A DNA stretch of 64,000 bases from Haloactinopolyspora alba (GTDB lineage Bacteria; Actinomycetota; Actinomycetes; Jiangellales; Jiangellaceae). The stretch covers positions 194,206 to 258,205 of the forward strand of contig NZ_PYGE01000003.1 in assembly GCF_003014555.1 (NCBI RefSeq), read 5' to 3'. The position numbers and the translations under genes are program-made. This document shows positions 39,226 to 48,277 of the stretch, in pieces (position 1 is the stretch's first letter; each line of letters opens with the position of its first letter). The notes under the pieces are model-generated. The model was not told the DNA's origin and did no database searches. It saw nothing but the letters and a program-made list of their open reading frames with translations.

Positions 39226-40391
39226 AGTGCCTCCAAGGCAGTGGTGACCGGCGTTGCCGCCGTCACGTGAGGTTCGTGGACGAGGGGAGAAAGCCATGCG
39301 TGGAACGAGTTCAGCTCGCGTGGGTCCGGCGTCCTCCAGCGCTCCGGAACCGCGCGCGTACGCCCGGCGACGTCGCCTAGCGGCACGGCCGGATGGGTGA
39401 CCTGGTACGGGCGATCCGGGCCGGCGTCGCGACGTTCGAGACCGACCATCACCGCGGTGTGCGCGGGCGCGTCCGCGTCGGTCAGCAGCCGGGCGGCGGC
39501 ACCGCCGACGGCCCGCGCCTCGTGCGCGTCGGCCGTACTGACCAGGTGCGACGCGCAGCGTTGGACGACGCCGATGACCTCGCCGCGGGCCGGCAGCCCC
39601 AGCTCGGCGGCGACGACGCCCGCGAGCTCGCGCGCGACCCCACCGGCGAGCAGCCGGGTGTGGTTCGTGTCGTGGATCGGCTGGGCCGTCAGCTCCGGCG
39701 CGACGCCTTCACTGACGACGACGAGGGCACGCCCGTGCCGGCCCACCAGCCGATCGACGTCGGCGACGAAGTCGTCCCGGTCGAACGCCAGCTCCGGGAT
39801 GTACACCCGGTGGACCGGGTGGTCGGGGTCGGCGGGCAGGGTCGCCGCCAGCGCCAGCCAGCCTGTCGACCGGCCCATCGTCTCGACGATCCGGACCGGC
39901 TCCACCGAGCGCATCGCCCGGTGGTCGCGCGCGATGTCCGGGAGCACGGCCGACAGGAACCGTGCGGCCGACGCGAACCCCGGAGCGTGGTCGACGCCGT
40001 CGAGGTCGTTGTCGATGGTCTTGGGGATGCCCACGACCCGAAGCGCGACGCCGCGAGCGCGTGCCCGCTCGGACACCGCGTCCAGCAGCGCCATGGTCCC
40101 GTTGCCGCCGATCAGGCACAGCCCGTCCACGCGCTGGCCGGCGAGAGCGGTGACGATCCGGTCGACGTCTTCCGGCGTCGTCGCGCGCCGGCCGCCACCG
40201 AGCCAGGATCCTCCGGCGCGTTCCGCGTCGCCGGGCATGCGGGCCGGCGCGTCGAAGGCGCCGGCCACCAGAGCGTCCGGGCCGCCGCGGGCGAGCAGCA
40301 CCTCGTGCCCGCTCGCGCCGTCGAGGAAGCCGGCCACGCTGCGGTTGACGACGGTGGTCGGGGCACCGGTCTGGCCCAGGACGACGCGCAT
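39222..40391 (-). CDS. PfkA-family sugar-phosphate kinase (6-phosphofructokinase-like)
   Basis: The PFK motifs GGNGTM, IPKTIDNDL and TMGR are present. Confidence 0.8.
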   Translation of the reverse strand: MRVVLGQTGAPTTVVNRSVAGFLDGASGHEVLLARGGPDALVAGAFDAPARMPGDAERAGGSWLGGGRRATTPEDVDRIVTALAGQRVDGLCLIGGNGTMALLDAVSERARARGVALRVVGIPKTIDNDLDGVDHAPGFASAARFLSAVLPDIARDHRAMRSVEPVRIVETMGRSTGWLALAATLPADPDHPVHRVYIPELAFDRDDFVADVDRLVGRHGRALVVVSEGVAPELTAQPIHDTNHTRLLAGGVARELAGVVAAELGLPARGEVIGVVQRCASHLVSTADAHEARAVGGAAARLLTDADAPAHTAVMVGLERRDAGPDRPYQVTHPAVPLGDVAGRTRAVPERWRTPDPRELNSFHAWLSPLVHEPHVTAATPVTTALEAL

Positions 40392-41875
40392 CACGCGAGT
40401 CGTCCTGGGCCCATGGCGATGGTGCGGAAGGCCTGGAACTCCTCGAGGCCCTGCCGGCCGCCCTCGTAGCCGAGCCCGGACAGGCCGGTGCCGCCGAACG
40501 GCGCGCCGGGGTAGTTCGGCGTCCCGGTGTTGACGCCGACGATGCCGGCGCGCAGCCGGCGTCCCACCGCGCGGGCGGCGTCGAGATCGGTGCCGCACAC
40601 GTAGCCGGCGAGTCCGTAACCGGTGTCGTGGTGGTGTGCAAGCGCCTCGTCGACGTCGTCGAAGGTCCGGATGGCGGCGACCGGGCCGAAGATCTCGTCG
40701 CGGAACACCGCCGAGTCGGGTGACACGTCGGTGAGGACCGTCGGCGCGGCGAAGTGCCCGGCCGGAGGGAGATCCGCGGAGTCGACGACGACACGCGCCC
40801 CGTCCGCGACCGCAGCCTGCACCAGGTTGCGCAGCCGTGCGGGGTCGCCGGCGGGCGCCATCGGCCCCAGGCCGGTCGTCTCGTCGAGCGGATCGCCGAC
40901 GGTCAGTTCGCGGCTGGCCGCGGCGAAGGCCTCGACGAACGCGTCGGCCACCGGGCGCGCCACCAGGATCTGGTTCGCCGCGATGCAGGACTGGCCGTTG
41001 TTGCGGTACTTGGCGACCATCAGCGTCCGCGCGGCGGCCTCCGGGTCCGCGTCGGCGAGCACGACGAACGGCGCGCACCCGCCGAGCTCCAGGACGGTGC
41101 GCTGGAAGTTCGCCGCGGCGCCTGCCGCGACGAGCCGGCCCACACGGGTCGAGCCGGTGAACGAGACCGCACGCACGTCCGGGTGCTCGAGCCACGGGTC
41201 GACGACGTCGGCGGGGTCGCCGAGGACGGTGTCGACGACACCGCCCGGGACGTGCCGGTCGATGAGCGCCGCGAGAACCATCGACGACATCGGAGCCAGC
41301 TCGGAGGGCTTGAAGGTGACGGAGCACCCCGCGGCCAGCGCGGGGGCGATCTTGCGCGCGGGGATCGAGACCGGGAAGTTCCACGGCGTGAGGACGGCGA
41401 CGACCCCGGCCGGGCCCGCCTCGACCACGTGCGAGTGACCGGGCACGGCGTCGAAGCGCACCGACTCCTGCTTCTCGATCAGGTCGGCGAACACCCGGAA
41501 GTACACGGCGGACAGCCCCAGCTCCGCCTTGGACTCGGCCAGCCGCTTTCCGGTCTCCCGCGTGATCAGGCCGGGCCAGGCCTGCTGGCCGGCCGCCGCG
41601 TCGAGGTCGTCGGCCACGGCCCGCAGCGCCTCGCCGCGTCGCGCCGGCTCGTACGCCGACCAGCGCGGCAGCGTCCGTGCCGCGGCCGCGACAGCCTCCG
41701 TCGCCTCGGCCGTGCCGCCGACGGCGACGTCGGTCCACACCGCGCCGTCTGCCGGGGCGATCAGCTCGGACCGGGCGAGACCGGCCGAACGTGGCTCGCC
41801 GTCGATGCGCACCGCTGTCGGCGCGGCGAGGACGGACGCCACGAGCTGCTCCATTGTGTTGGCCGCGCTGTTCAC
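40391..41875 (-). CDS. NAD(P)-dependent aldehyde dehydrogenase
   Basis: The ALDH signatures ELGGCAP (catalytic Cys in QSCIAAN) and GSTRVG are present; the GTG start has a GAGGAG ribosome-binding site (alternative ATG at 41854). Confidence 0.85.
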   Translation of the reverse strand: MNSAANTMEQLVASVLAAPTAVRIDGEPRSAGLARSELIAPADGAVWTDVAVGGTAEATEAVAAAARTLPRWSAYEPARRGEALRAVADDLDAAAGQQAWPGLITRETGKRLAESKAELGLSAVYFRVFADLIEKQESVRFDAVPGHSHVVEAGPAGVVAVLTPWNFPVSIPARKIAPALAAGCSVTFKPSELAPMSSMVLAALIDRHVPGGVVDTVLGDPADVVDPWLEHPDVRAVSFTGSTRVGRLVAAGAAANFQRTVLELGGCAPFVVLADADPEAAARTLMVAKYRNNGQSCIAANQILVARPVADAFVEAFAAASRELTVGDPLDETTGLGPMAPAGDPARLRNLVQAAVADGARVVVDSADLPPAGHFAAPTVLTDVSPDSAVFRDEIFGPVAAIRTFDDVDEALAHHHDTGYGLAGYVCGTDLDAARAVGRRLRAGIVGVNTGTPNYPGAPFGGTGLSGLGYEGGRQGLEEFQAFRTIAMGPGRLA

Positions 41876-41877
41876 TC

Positions 41878-42978
41878 TCAGATCTCCTCGACGAGTTCTG
41901 GCGACTCGAGGTCGATGTCGACACCGAGTCCGGGGCCGTTCGGGACGCGGACCGTTCCGTGTCCGGTCAGCAGGTGTTCCACGCCGGCGCGCAACGGGTT
42001 GGACCGCACGTCCCACTCGACCAGGCGCGCCGGCAGCGCCGCGGCGACCTGCAGGGTCGCGGCCGTGGCCACCGCGCCGTTGTAGAGGTGCGGGTTCACC
42101 GTCGTTCCGGCTGTCGTGGCGAGCTCGTGCACCCGCACGTACTCGGTCGGCCCGCCGACCTTGGAGACGTCCGGCTGCACGATGTCGATCGCGCCGCTGT
42201 CGACGTACGGCTCGAACGCGGCCGCTCCGTAGAGGTTCTCGCCGGTCGCCAGCGCGATCCCGCCCTTGCGTCGCAGCACCGCGAGTTCGTCCACCCGGTC
42301 GCCGCGCAGCGGTTCCTCGAGCCACTCCACACCGGCGGCGTGCAGCACCGGGACCATCTCGAGCGCCTCGTCGAGGGTCCATGCCTGGTTGGCGTCGCCG
42401 AAGAGGTGCACGTCCTGGCCGAGCACGTCCCGCGCGGTGCGCAGGTTGGCCGCGTCCCGTTTGCGGCCGAACCCGAGCTTGATCTTCACCGCGGACAGGC
42501 CGAGCCCCTGGCAGTGCAGCGCCGTCCTCTCGACGCCGGCGGGACCGAGACTCGACCCGTAAACGGGGAGTTCGTCGACCGTCGCACCGCCGAGCAGGTC
42601 GGCCAGCGGCACCCCGGCGTGGCGTGCCGCGATGTCCCAGAGCGCGGTGTCGACGGCGCTGATCGCCTGCCGGACCGGCCCCGGGGCTCCCCACTGCCGG
42701 CCGAGCGGCACGAGCTGCTCGGTCATGAGGTCGTGCGCACCGGCCGGATCGTCGAACGTCCGTCCGCGCAGCAGTGGCGCGACGCCGTCGTGGACCGTCG
42801 CGACGCGTTCCCGCCACGCCCAGGAGGGGTAGTTCACCCACGACTCCCCCACGCCGCGCTGCCCGTCGGCCAGCTCGACCACGACGACGGCCATCACCCG
42901 GTGAGCCATCGGCGCGAACGACATCGCCACGCCGTCGTCCGCGGGCATCCGGAAGATCCGGCACCTGACCGTCTCGAC
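41878..42978 (-). CDS. Enolase-superfamily (mandelate racemase/muconate lactonising enzyme) sugar-acid dehydratase
   Basis: An MR_MLE N-terminal domain and a C-terminal barrel with metal ligands (..FGDANQAW.., ..EEP..); the start is uncertain (42948 to 43068). Confidence 0.7.
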   Translation of the reverse strand, partial: VETVRCRIFRMPADDGVAMSFAPMAHRVMAVVVVELADGQRGVGESWVNYPSWAWRERVATVHDGVAPLLRGRTFDDPAGAHDLMTEQLVPLGRQWGAPGPVRQAISAVDTALWDIAARHAGVPLADLLGGATVDELPVYGSSLGPAGVERTALHCQGLGLSAVKIKLGFGRKRDAANLRTARDVLGQDVHLFGDANQAWTLDEALEMVPVLHAAGVEWLEEPLRGDRVDELAVLRRKGGIALATGENLYGAAAFEPYVDSGAIDIVQPDVSKVGGPTEYVRVHELATTAGTTVNPHLYNGAVATAATLQVAAALPARLVEWDVRSNPLRAGVEHLLTGHGTVRVPNGPGLGVDIDLESPELVEEI

Positions 42979-43161
42979 CGGGCTCGCAGGCAGCTGCACC
43001 GGAGTGGCGGGCTCCGGACGCCGGGAACCCTCGCCACCCGCTGACGACGACTGTGCGTTAACGAACATTGCATGCAGTGTTTGTGCTCAGGAAACAGATG
43101 TCAAGAGGTATGCGCCCATCGACCTTCGCGCCGCAGCGCCCGGGCGGAGGCGGGCCGACCC

Positions 43162-43968
43162 TCAGGCGACCACGATGCGGGTGCCGCCCTCGTGCAGCCG
43201 GGCGGTGAGCTCGTCGCCGAGCGGGGCGTCGGTGACCACGGTGTCGACGCGGTCGATGCCGCACACCCGGACGGTGCCGGCGGCGTTCTCCTTGGACACG
43301 TCGCACAGCAGGATCACCTGGTCGGCGACGTCCAGCATCGCGCGCTTCACGCCGAGCTCGAGCTCGGAGCGCACGTACGCGCCACGGGTGTCGATGGCGG
43401 CGGCGCCGAGCATCATGACACGGAGCCGCAGGTCACCGACGAACTGAGCGGCATTGGACCCGATCAGGGCCTGGTTCTCCTGGGAGAGCTCGCCGCCCAC
43501 GGCGATGGTGCGGGCGGACGGTCGCGTCATCATCGCCGCGAGGACCGGGACCGAATGGGTGACGACGCAGCCGGAGAACTCCTCGGGCAGCGCGTTCGCG
43601 ACCTCGAGCGCCGTCGTGCCGGCGTCGACGCCGACGGTGGCGTCCGGCGGCACCATCGCGGCCGCCGCCTGGCCGATCCGGCGCTTGCCCTCGCTGTTGA
43701 GCATGGCCCGGGCGACGAACGCCGGGTTGGCACGCGCGCCGGGTGGAAGGCTCGCCCCGCCGTGGACGAGCACGGCGTCGCCGGTGGCCGCCAGCCTGCG
43801 CAGGTCACGGCGGACGGTCATCTCCGAGACGCTCAGCAGCTGAGCGACGTCGGAGACGGACACGTGCCCGGAGCGGCGCAGCTGGTTCACGATGACGGCC
43901 CGTCGCTGCGGTGCGGCGTCGTAGCGCAGGTTGGCCTGGTGGTCTCGTCCGTCGACGGTGCTGCTCAC
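43162..43968 (-). CDS. DeoR/GlpR family transcriptional regulator
   Basis: An N-terminal HTH_DeoR (..VSVSDVAQLLSVSEMTVRRDL..) and a DeoR C-terminal sugar-binding domain. Confidence 0.85.
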   Translation of the reverse strand: MSSTVDGRDHQANLRYDAAPQRRAVIVNQLRRSGHVSVSDVAQLLSVSEMTVRRDLRRLAATGDAVLVHGGASLPPGARANPAFVARAMLNSEGKRRIGQAAAAMVPPDATVGVDAGTTALEVANALPEEFSGCVVTHSVPVLAAMMTRPSARTIAVGGELSQENQALIGSNAAQFVGDLRLRVMMLGAAAIDTRGAYVRSELELGVKRAMLDVADQVILLCDVSKENAAGTVRVCGIDRVDTVVTDAPLGDELTARLHEGGTRIVVA

Positions 43969-44075
43969 GGAGCAATGGTACCGGGAAGTTGGAACTCTTC
44001 CAGAAGATGGTAGTTTTCTAACATCTTCTGTTGGACGGAAGACGCTGCCAGACTCGGACGAGAGGATGCATCGCC

Positions 44076-44945
44076 GTGCCCCCTGAACTCACCGACCGCC
44101 TCGCACGCCCGTCCGGCGGGTTCGCCATGCTCGCCGTGGACCAGCGCGAGGCGCTGCGCGCCATGCTGCACGAACGTCTCGGGCGTCCGGTCGGTGACGC
44201 CGAGGTCACCGACTTCAAGGTCGCTGCCGCGCGGGCGCTCACCCCGCACGCCTCGGCCGTCCTCGTGGACAAGCAGTTCGGCTGGGACGCCGTCACCGCG
44301 GCCGGCGCCGTCGCGCCGTCGTGCGCGCTCATCGCCGCGGCGGACCACTTCGTCGCCGGGGCCGACGAGTTCGTCGCCGACTCCGTCATCGACGAGACGC
44401 TCGACCCGGCCGAGCTGCGCGCCCAGGGCGCCGTCGCGTTGAAACTGCTGGTCATCTGGCGGCCCGACGGCGACGCCGACAAGCGTGTCGCCCTCGTCGA
44501 CGACTTCGTCCGGCGCTGCCGTGGGCACGGGCTCGCCAGCATCGTCGAGCCGGTGTCGCGTGCTCCGCTCGCCGGCGGCGGGTTCGACGCCGACGCGGGC
44601 ATCCTCGCCGCCGCGCGCGAGCTCGGCTCCCTCGGCGCCGACATCTACAAGACCGAGGTCCCGACGCACGGACACGGCACCGACAGCGAGATCACCGAGC
44701 GCAGCCGCGAGCTCGACGACGCCATCGACGGCCACTGGGTGGTGCTGTCGTCCGGCGTGCCGGCCGAGCGCTTCCCCGAAACCGTGCAGCTCGCGTGCCG
44801 CGCCGGAGCCTCGGGGTTCCTCGCCGGGCGCGCCGTGTGGGCGTCGGTCGTGGGCAGCCCGGACCTCGAGTCGGATCTGCGCGACGTCGCCGTACCGGCC
44901 CTGCAGCGCATGGTCCGTGCCGTGGACGACACCGTCTCCCCCTGA
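44076..44945 (+). CDS. Class I aldolase, LacD/tagatose-1,6-bisphosphate aldolase family (YihT-like)
   Basis: The AMLAVDQREAL motif matches the LacD/YihT motif; GTG start preceded by GAGAGGA; divergent from the DeoR gene. Confidence 0.65.
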   Translation: MPPELTDRLARPSGGFAMLAVDQREALRAMLHERLGRPVGDAEVTDFKVAAARALTPHASAVLVDKQFGWDAVTAAGAVAPSCALIAAADHFVAGADEFVADSVIDETLDPAELRAQGAVALKLLVIWRPDGDADKRVALVDDFVRRCRGHGLASIVEPVSRAPLAGGGFDADAGILAAARELGSLGADIYKTEVPTHGHGTDSEITERSRELDDAIDGHWVVLSSGVPAERFPETVQLACRAGASGFLAGRAVWASVVGSPDLESDLRDVAVPALQRMVRAVDDTVSP

Positions 44946-45155
44946 CGCCGAGCGCACCTGGCGCCGTGCGAGCACCTCCCGGGTGGGTTAAGGTGTCGGC
45001 CATGTACGCGACCGTGTTCGGATCCTGGTGGCGCGCCGGCTAGGCGGCGCCACCCGAACGCGTACAACCACGCATCCGACGACCGCCTCCCTGCCGAGGC
45101 GGTCGTCGTGTCGTGCGGCCCCTCGGTCGAGGCTCCCGACGAGAGGAACCCCGAC

Positions 45156-47054
45156 ATGCCGCACGACCTCCGTGAGCTGCTCGACGACCCGGACCCGCCC
45201 GCGTTCGCGGTGCTCCGCCGCGCCGACGGCCCCGGCATCGAACTGCTGATCGGCGACGTCGTCGACGTCGACCAGCTCGCCGACGTCCCACTGCCGGCCC
45301 CGACCGCCGGCGACGCCACCCCGCACGTTCTCGCCCTGGTGCCGTACCGGCAGGTGACCGAGCGCGGTTTCGAGTGTCACGACGACGCCACCCCGCTGCG
45401 CTGCCTGGTCGTCCGCGAGCACACCGTTCTGACGACCGACGACGTCCTCGCCGCCGTTCCGGACGGCCCGGTCGACGTCGCGGACGGAGCGTTCGACGTC
45501 GACGACGACGCGTACGCCGACATCGTCGGGCGCGTGATCCGTGACGAGATCGGCCGCGGCGAGGGGGCGAACTTCGTCGTCCGCCGCGACTACCGCGCCC
45601 GGCTGACCGGCGGCACCGTGCCCGCGGCGGCGCTGCGTCTGTTCCGGCGGCTGCTCACCGGCGAGCCGAACGCGTACTGGACGTTCGCGGTCCATGCCGG
45701 CGACGCGACGATGGTCGGCGCCACGCCGGAACGCCACGTCAGCCTGACCGGGCGCACCGTGACGATGAACCCGATCAGCGGCACCTACCGCGCACCCGCC
45801 GACGGGCCGGCGGGCGACGGCCTGCTGAGCTTCCTCGCGGATCCCAAGGAGACCGAGGAACTGTTCATGGTCGTCGACGAGGAGCTCAAGATGATGAGCC
45901 GGGTGTGCGAGCGGGGCGGACGCGTGATCGGCCCGTACCTGAAGGAGATGGGCCATCTCGCGCACACCGAGTACCTGCTGGAAGGCACCACCGATGCCGA
46001 CGTCCGTGGCGTGCTGCGGGAGACGATGTTCGCGCCCACGGTCACCGGCTCACCGATCGAGAACGCGGCCCGGGTGGTCCGCCGCTACGAGGGCGGCGGC
46101 CGCGGCTACTACTCCGGCGTCGCCGCGCTGATCGGCCAGGACGGCGCCGGCCGTCGCACGCTCGACGCGCCGATCCTGATCCGTACCGCGTACCTCGAGC
46201 CGTCGGGTGACGTTCGGGTACCGGTGGGCGCCACCCTGGTCCGGCATTCCGTGGCCGCGCACGAGGTGGCCGAGACGCACGCGAAGGCCGCCGGGGTGCT
46301 GGCCGCGCTGGGGGTGCGGGCGTCACGCCGCCGCGCGGTCGACGCGCCCTCGCTGGCCGGGTACCCGGACGTCGCCGAAGCGCTGACCGCACGCAACGCC
46401 GCGCTCGCGCCGTTCTGGCTGCGCCCGCAGCACGGCGCGGTGCGCGCCGACCTGGCCGGCAGGTCGGTGCTGATCGTCGACGCCGAGGACCGGTGGACGG
46501 CGATGCTCGCGCACCTGTTCCGGCACCTCGGGGCGGACGCCACCGTCGTGCGCTGGGACGACACCGTTGACATCGGCACGCCCGATCTGCTGGTGTCAGG
46601 GCCCGGCCCGGGCGATCCGCGTGCGATCGACGATCCGCGGATGACGCGGCTGCGGGAGCTGCTCAGCGATCGCCTGGCCGAGCGGCGGCCGCTGCTGGCC
46701 GTCTGCCTGAGCCACCAGGTGCTCGCCGGACTGCTCGGGTTCGACGTGGGCGCGCTGCCCCGGCCGTATCAGGGCACGCAGCGCGAGGTCGACGTCTTCG
46801 GTGCGCGGCACCGGCTCGGTTTCTACAACACGTTCACGCCGTCGGTACCCGACGGGGTGATCGACGGTGTCGAGGTGGCGACCGCCGGCGACGAGGTGCA
46901 CGCGTTACGCGGTCCGGGGTTCGTGTCGGTGCAGTTCCACCTCGAGTCGGTCCTGTCCGTCGACGGCATCGACCTGCTGGCCGAACTGACGTCGCGACTC
47001 CTCACCGATGATCATCGGCACTTGGCCGCCCATGAGACGGGTTTGTGCCGATGA
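45156..47054 (+). CDS. Fused chorismate-utilising enzyme (MST domain + class I glutamine amidotransferase), PhzE/TrpE(G)-like
   Basis: An N-terminal chorismate-binding domain and a C-terminal GATase; a GAGAGGAA ribosome-binding site; the last roughly 18 codons and the stop lie inside repeat element copy 2. Confidence 0.8.
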   Translation: MPHDLRELLDDPDPPAFAVLRRADGPGIELLIGDVVDVDQLADVPLPAPTAGDATPHVLALVPYRQVTERGFECHDDATPLRCLVVREHTVLTTDDVLAAVPDGPVDVADGAFDVDDDAYADIVGRVIRDEIGRGEGANFVVRRDYRARLTGGTVPAAALRLFRRLLTGEPNAYWTFAVHAGDATMVGATPERHVSLTGRTVTMNPISGTYRAPADGPAGDGLLSFLADPKETEELFMVVDEELKMMSRVCERGGRVIGPYLKEMGHLAHTEYLLEGTTDADVRGVLRETMFAPTVTGSPIENAARVVRRYEGGGRGYYSGVAALIGQDGAGRRTLDAPILIRTAYLEPSGDVRVPVGATLVRHSVAAHEVAETHAKAAGVLAALGVRASRRRAVDAPSLAGYPDVAEALTARNAALAPFWLRPQHGAVRADLAGRSVLIVDAEDRWTAMLAHLFRHLGADATVVRWDDTVDIGTPDLLVSGPGPGDPRAIDDPRMTRLRELLSDRLAERRPLLAVCLSHQVLAGLLGFDVGALPRPYQGTQREVDVFGARHRLGFYNTFTPSVPDGVIDGVEVATAGDEVHALRGPGFVSVQFHLESVLSVDGIDLLAELTSRLLTDDHRHLAAHETGLCR

Positions 47055-47060
47055 TCATGG
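47005..47060. repeat. Nested-palindrome repeat element copy 2 (family A)
   Basis: CCGATGATCATCGGCACTTGGCCGCC-catgagacgg-GTTTGTGCCGATGATCATGG. Confidence 0.8.
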
Positions 47061-47078
47061 GGAACATCCGCTGAACGG

Positions 47079-47717
47079 TCAGTCGTGCCGGCCGCTCACC
47101 GCGAGCTGCGCACCGATGCCGACCATGGCGACACCACCGATCCCGCCGAGCTGGGCCAGCCGGCGCGGCGAGCGCGTGAACCACGACCGCGCCGCGCCGG
47201 CTCCGACGGCCCAGGCACCGTCGCAGATGACCGCGATGGTCATGAACATCAGGCCGAGGACCAGCATCTGCGCCGCAGGACTGAAGCCGGCACGGTCCAC
47301 GAACTGCGGCAGCACGGCGGCGAAGAACACGATCGCCTTCGGGTTCGTCAACCCGACGACGAAACCCTCGCGGGCGGCCCGGAGCGTTCCGGCCGGCTGC
47401 ACCGAGACCGTCACGGCATCGGCCAGCGACCGCCGATGCCGGATGGCCTGCACACCCAGATACATCAGATACCCGGCGCCGACGAACTTGACCACCGTGA
47501 ACACGACGACGGACCGCTCCACGACCGCGCCAAGCCCGAACGCCACCGCCACGACCTGCGCGTAGACGCCGAAGGCATTGCCCACCACCGTCGCCAGCGC
47601 GCCACGGCGGCCGAGCACCAACGCGCGGCTCACCGCGAACAGCACACTGGGACCGGGCACGACGACCAGGACGACGGACATGATCACGAAGGTGAGCAAC
47701 TGCCCCGAGGACACCAC
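47079..47717 (-). CDS. LysE/RhtB family amino-acid exporter
   Basis: A 212-aa six-TM protein of the LysE type. Confidence 0.85.
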   Translation of the reverse strand: MVSSGQLLTFVIMSVVLVVVPGPSVLFAVSRALVLGRRGALATVVGNAFGVYAQVVAVAFGLGAVVERSVVVFTVVKFVGAGYLMYLGVQAIRHRRSLADAVTVSVQPAGTLRAAREGFVVGLTNPKAIVFFAAVLPQFVDRAGFSPAAQMLVLGLMFMTIAVICDGAWAVGAGAARSWFTRSPRRLAQLGGIGGVAMVGIGAQLAVSGRHD

Positions 47718-47795
47718 CAGCTCACCATAACGGCCGATTCGCCGGCAGCAACAGACTCCCGCCGACAGCGGACCCCCGGCGGCAGCGTGCCGGGC

Positions 47796-48218
47796 TCACC
47801 CGCCGATGCGCTCCTGCCGCTGCGCTTCGGTCAGCTCCTCGATGCTCTGCGACAGGATCCACTGGAACCCGAACGGGTCGGTCAGCCGGCCCTGCCGGTA
47901 GCCGTACGTGGTGTCGTGCACCGCGAACACCACCGTCGCCCCGGCCCGCTGCATCGCGTCGGCGACGGCGTCCGCGTCCGGCACGTCCAGGGTGAACATG
48001 ACCGGCGATCCACCGAGTGTGGCGGCCGAGCGGTCGGTGCCGTCCTCGTCCTTCAGGCTCAGTTTCGTCGAACCGACCCGGAGCTCGGCGTGGACCACCG
48101 CCCCGTCCGGGCCGGCGTAGCGGTTGAGCACCTGCGCGCCCAGCGCGGTGCGGTAGAACTCGATGGCCTGGTCGGCTCCGGCGACCACCAGGCGCGGCAT
48201 CAACGTCGTCTCACTCAT
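47796..48218 (-). CDS. VOC (glyoxalase/bleomycin-resistance) family protein
   Basis: A 140-aa protein with a beta-alpha-beta-beta-beta VOC fold signature. Confidence 0.7.
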   Translation of the reverse strand: MSETTLMPRLVVAGADQAIEFYRTALGAQVLNRYAGPDGAVVHAELRVGSTKLSLKDEDGTDRSAATLGGSPVMFTLDVPDADAVADAMQRAGATVVFAVHDTTYGYRQGRLTDPFGFQWILSQSIEELTEAQRQERIGG

Positions 48219-48277
48219 GACGCCAGCGTCGCCGACGACCGTCGCGCAGGTCTTGCAGAAATCGTGCACGGGGACAT

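Noticed and set aside
44076-44945. Assigning the LacD-like aldolases and ALDH to a sulfoquinovose (sulfo-EMP) pathway, linked to the sulfatase locus.
   Set aside because: No sulfoquinovosidase, SQ isomerase or sulfonate exporter is present, and the sulfatase operon is 25 kb away. It is kept only as one hypothesis within the catabolic-island finding.
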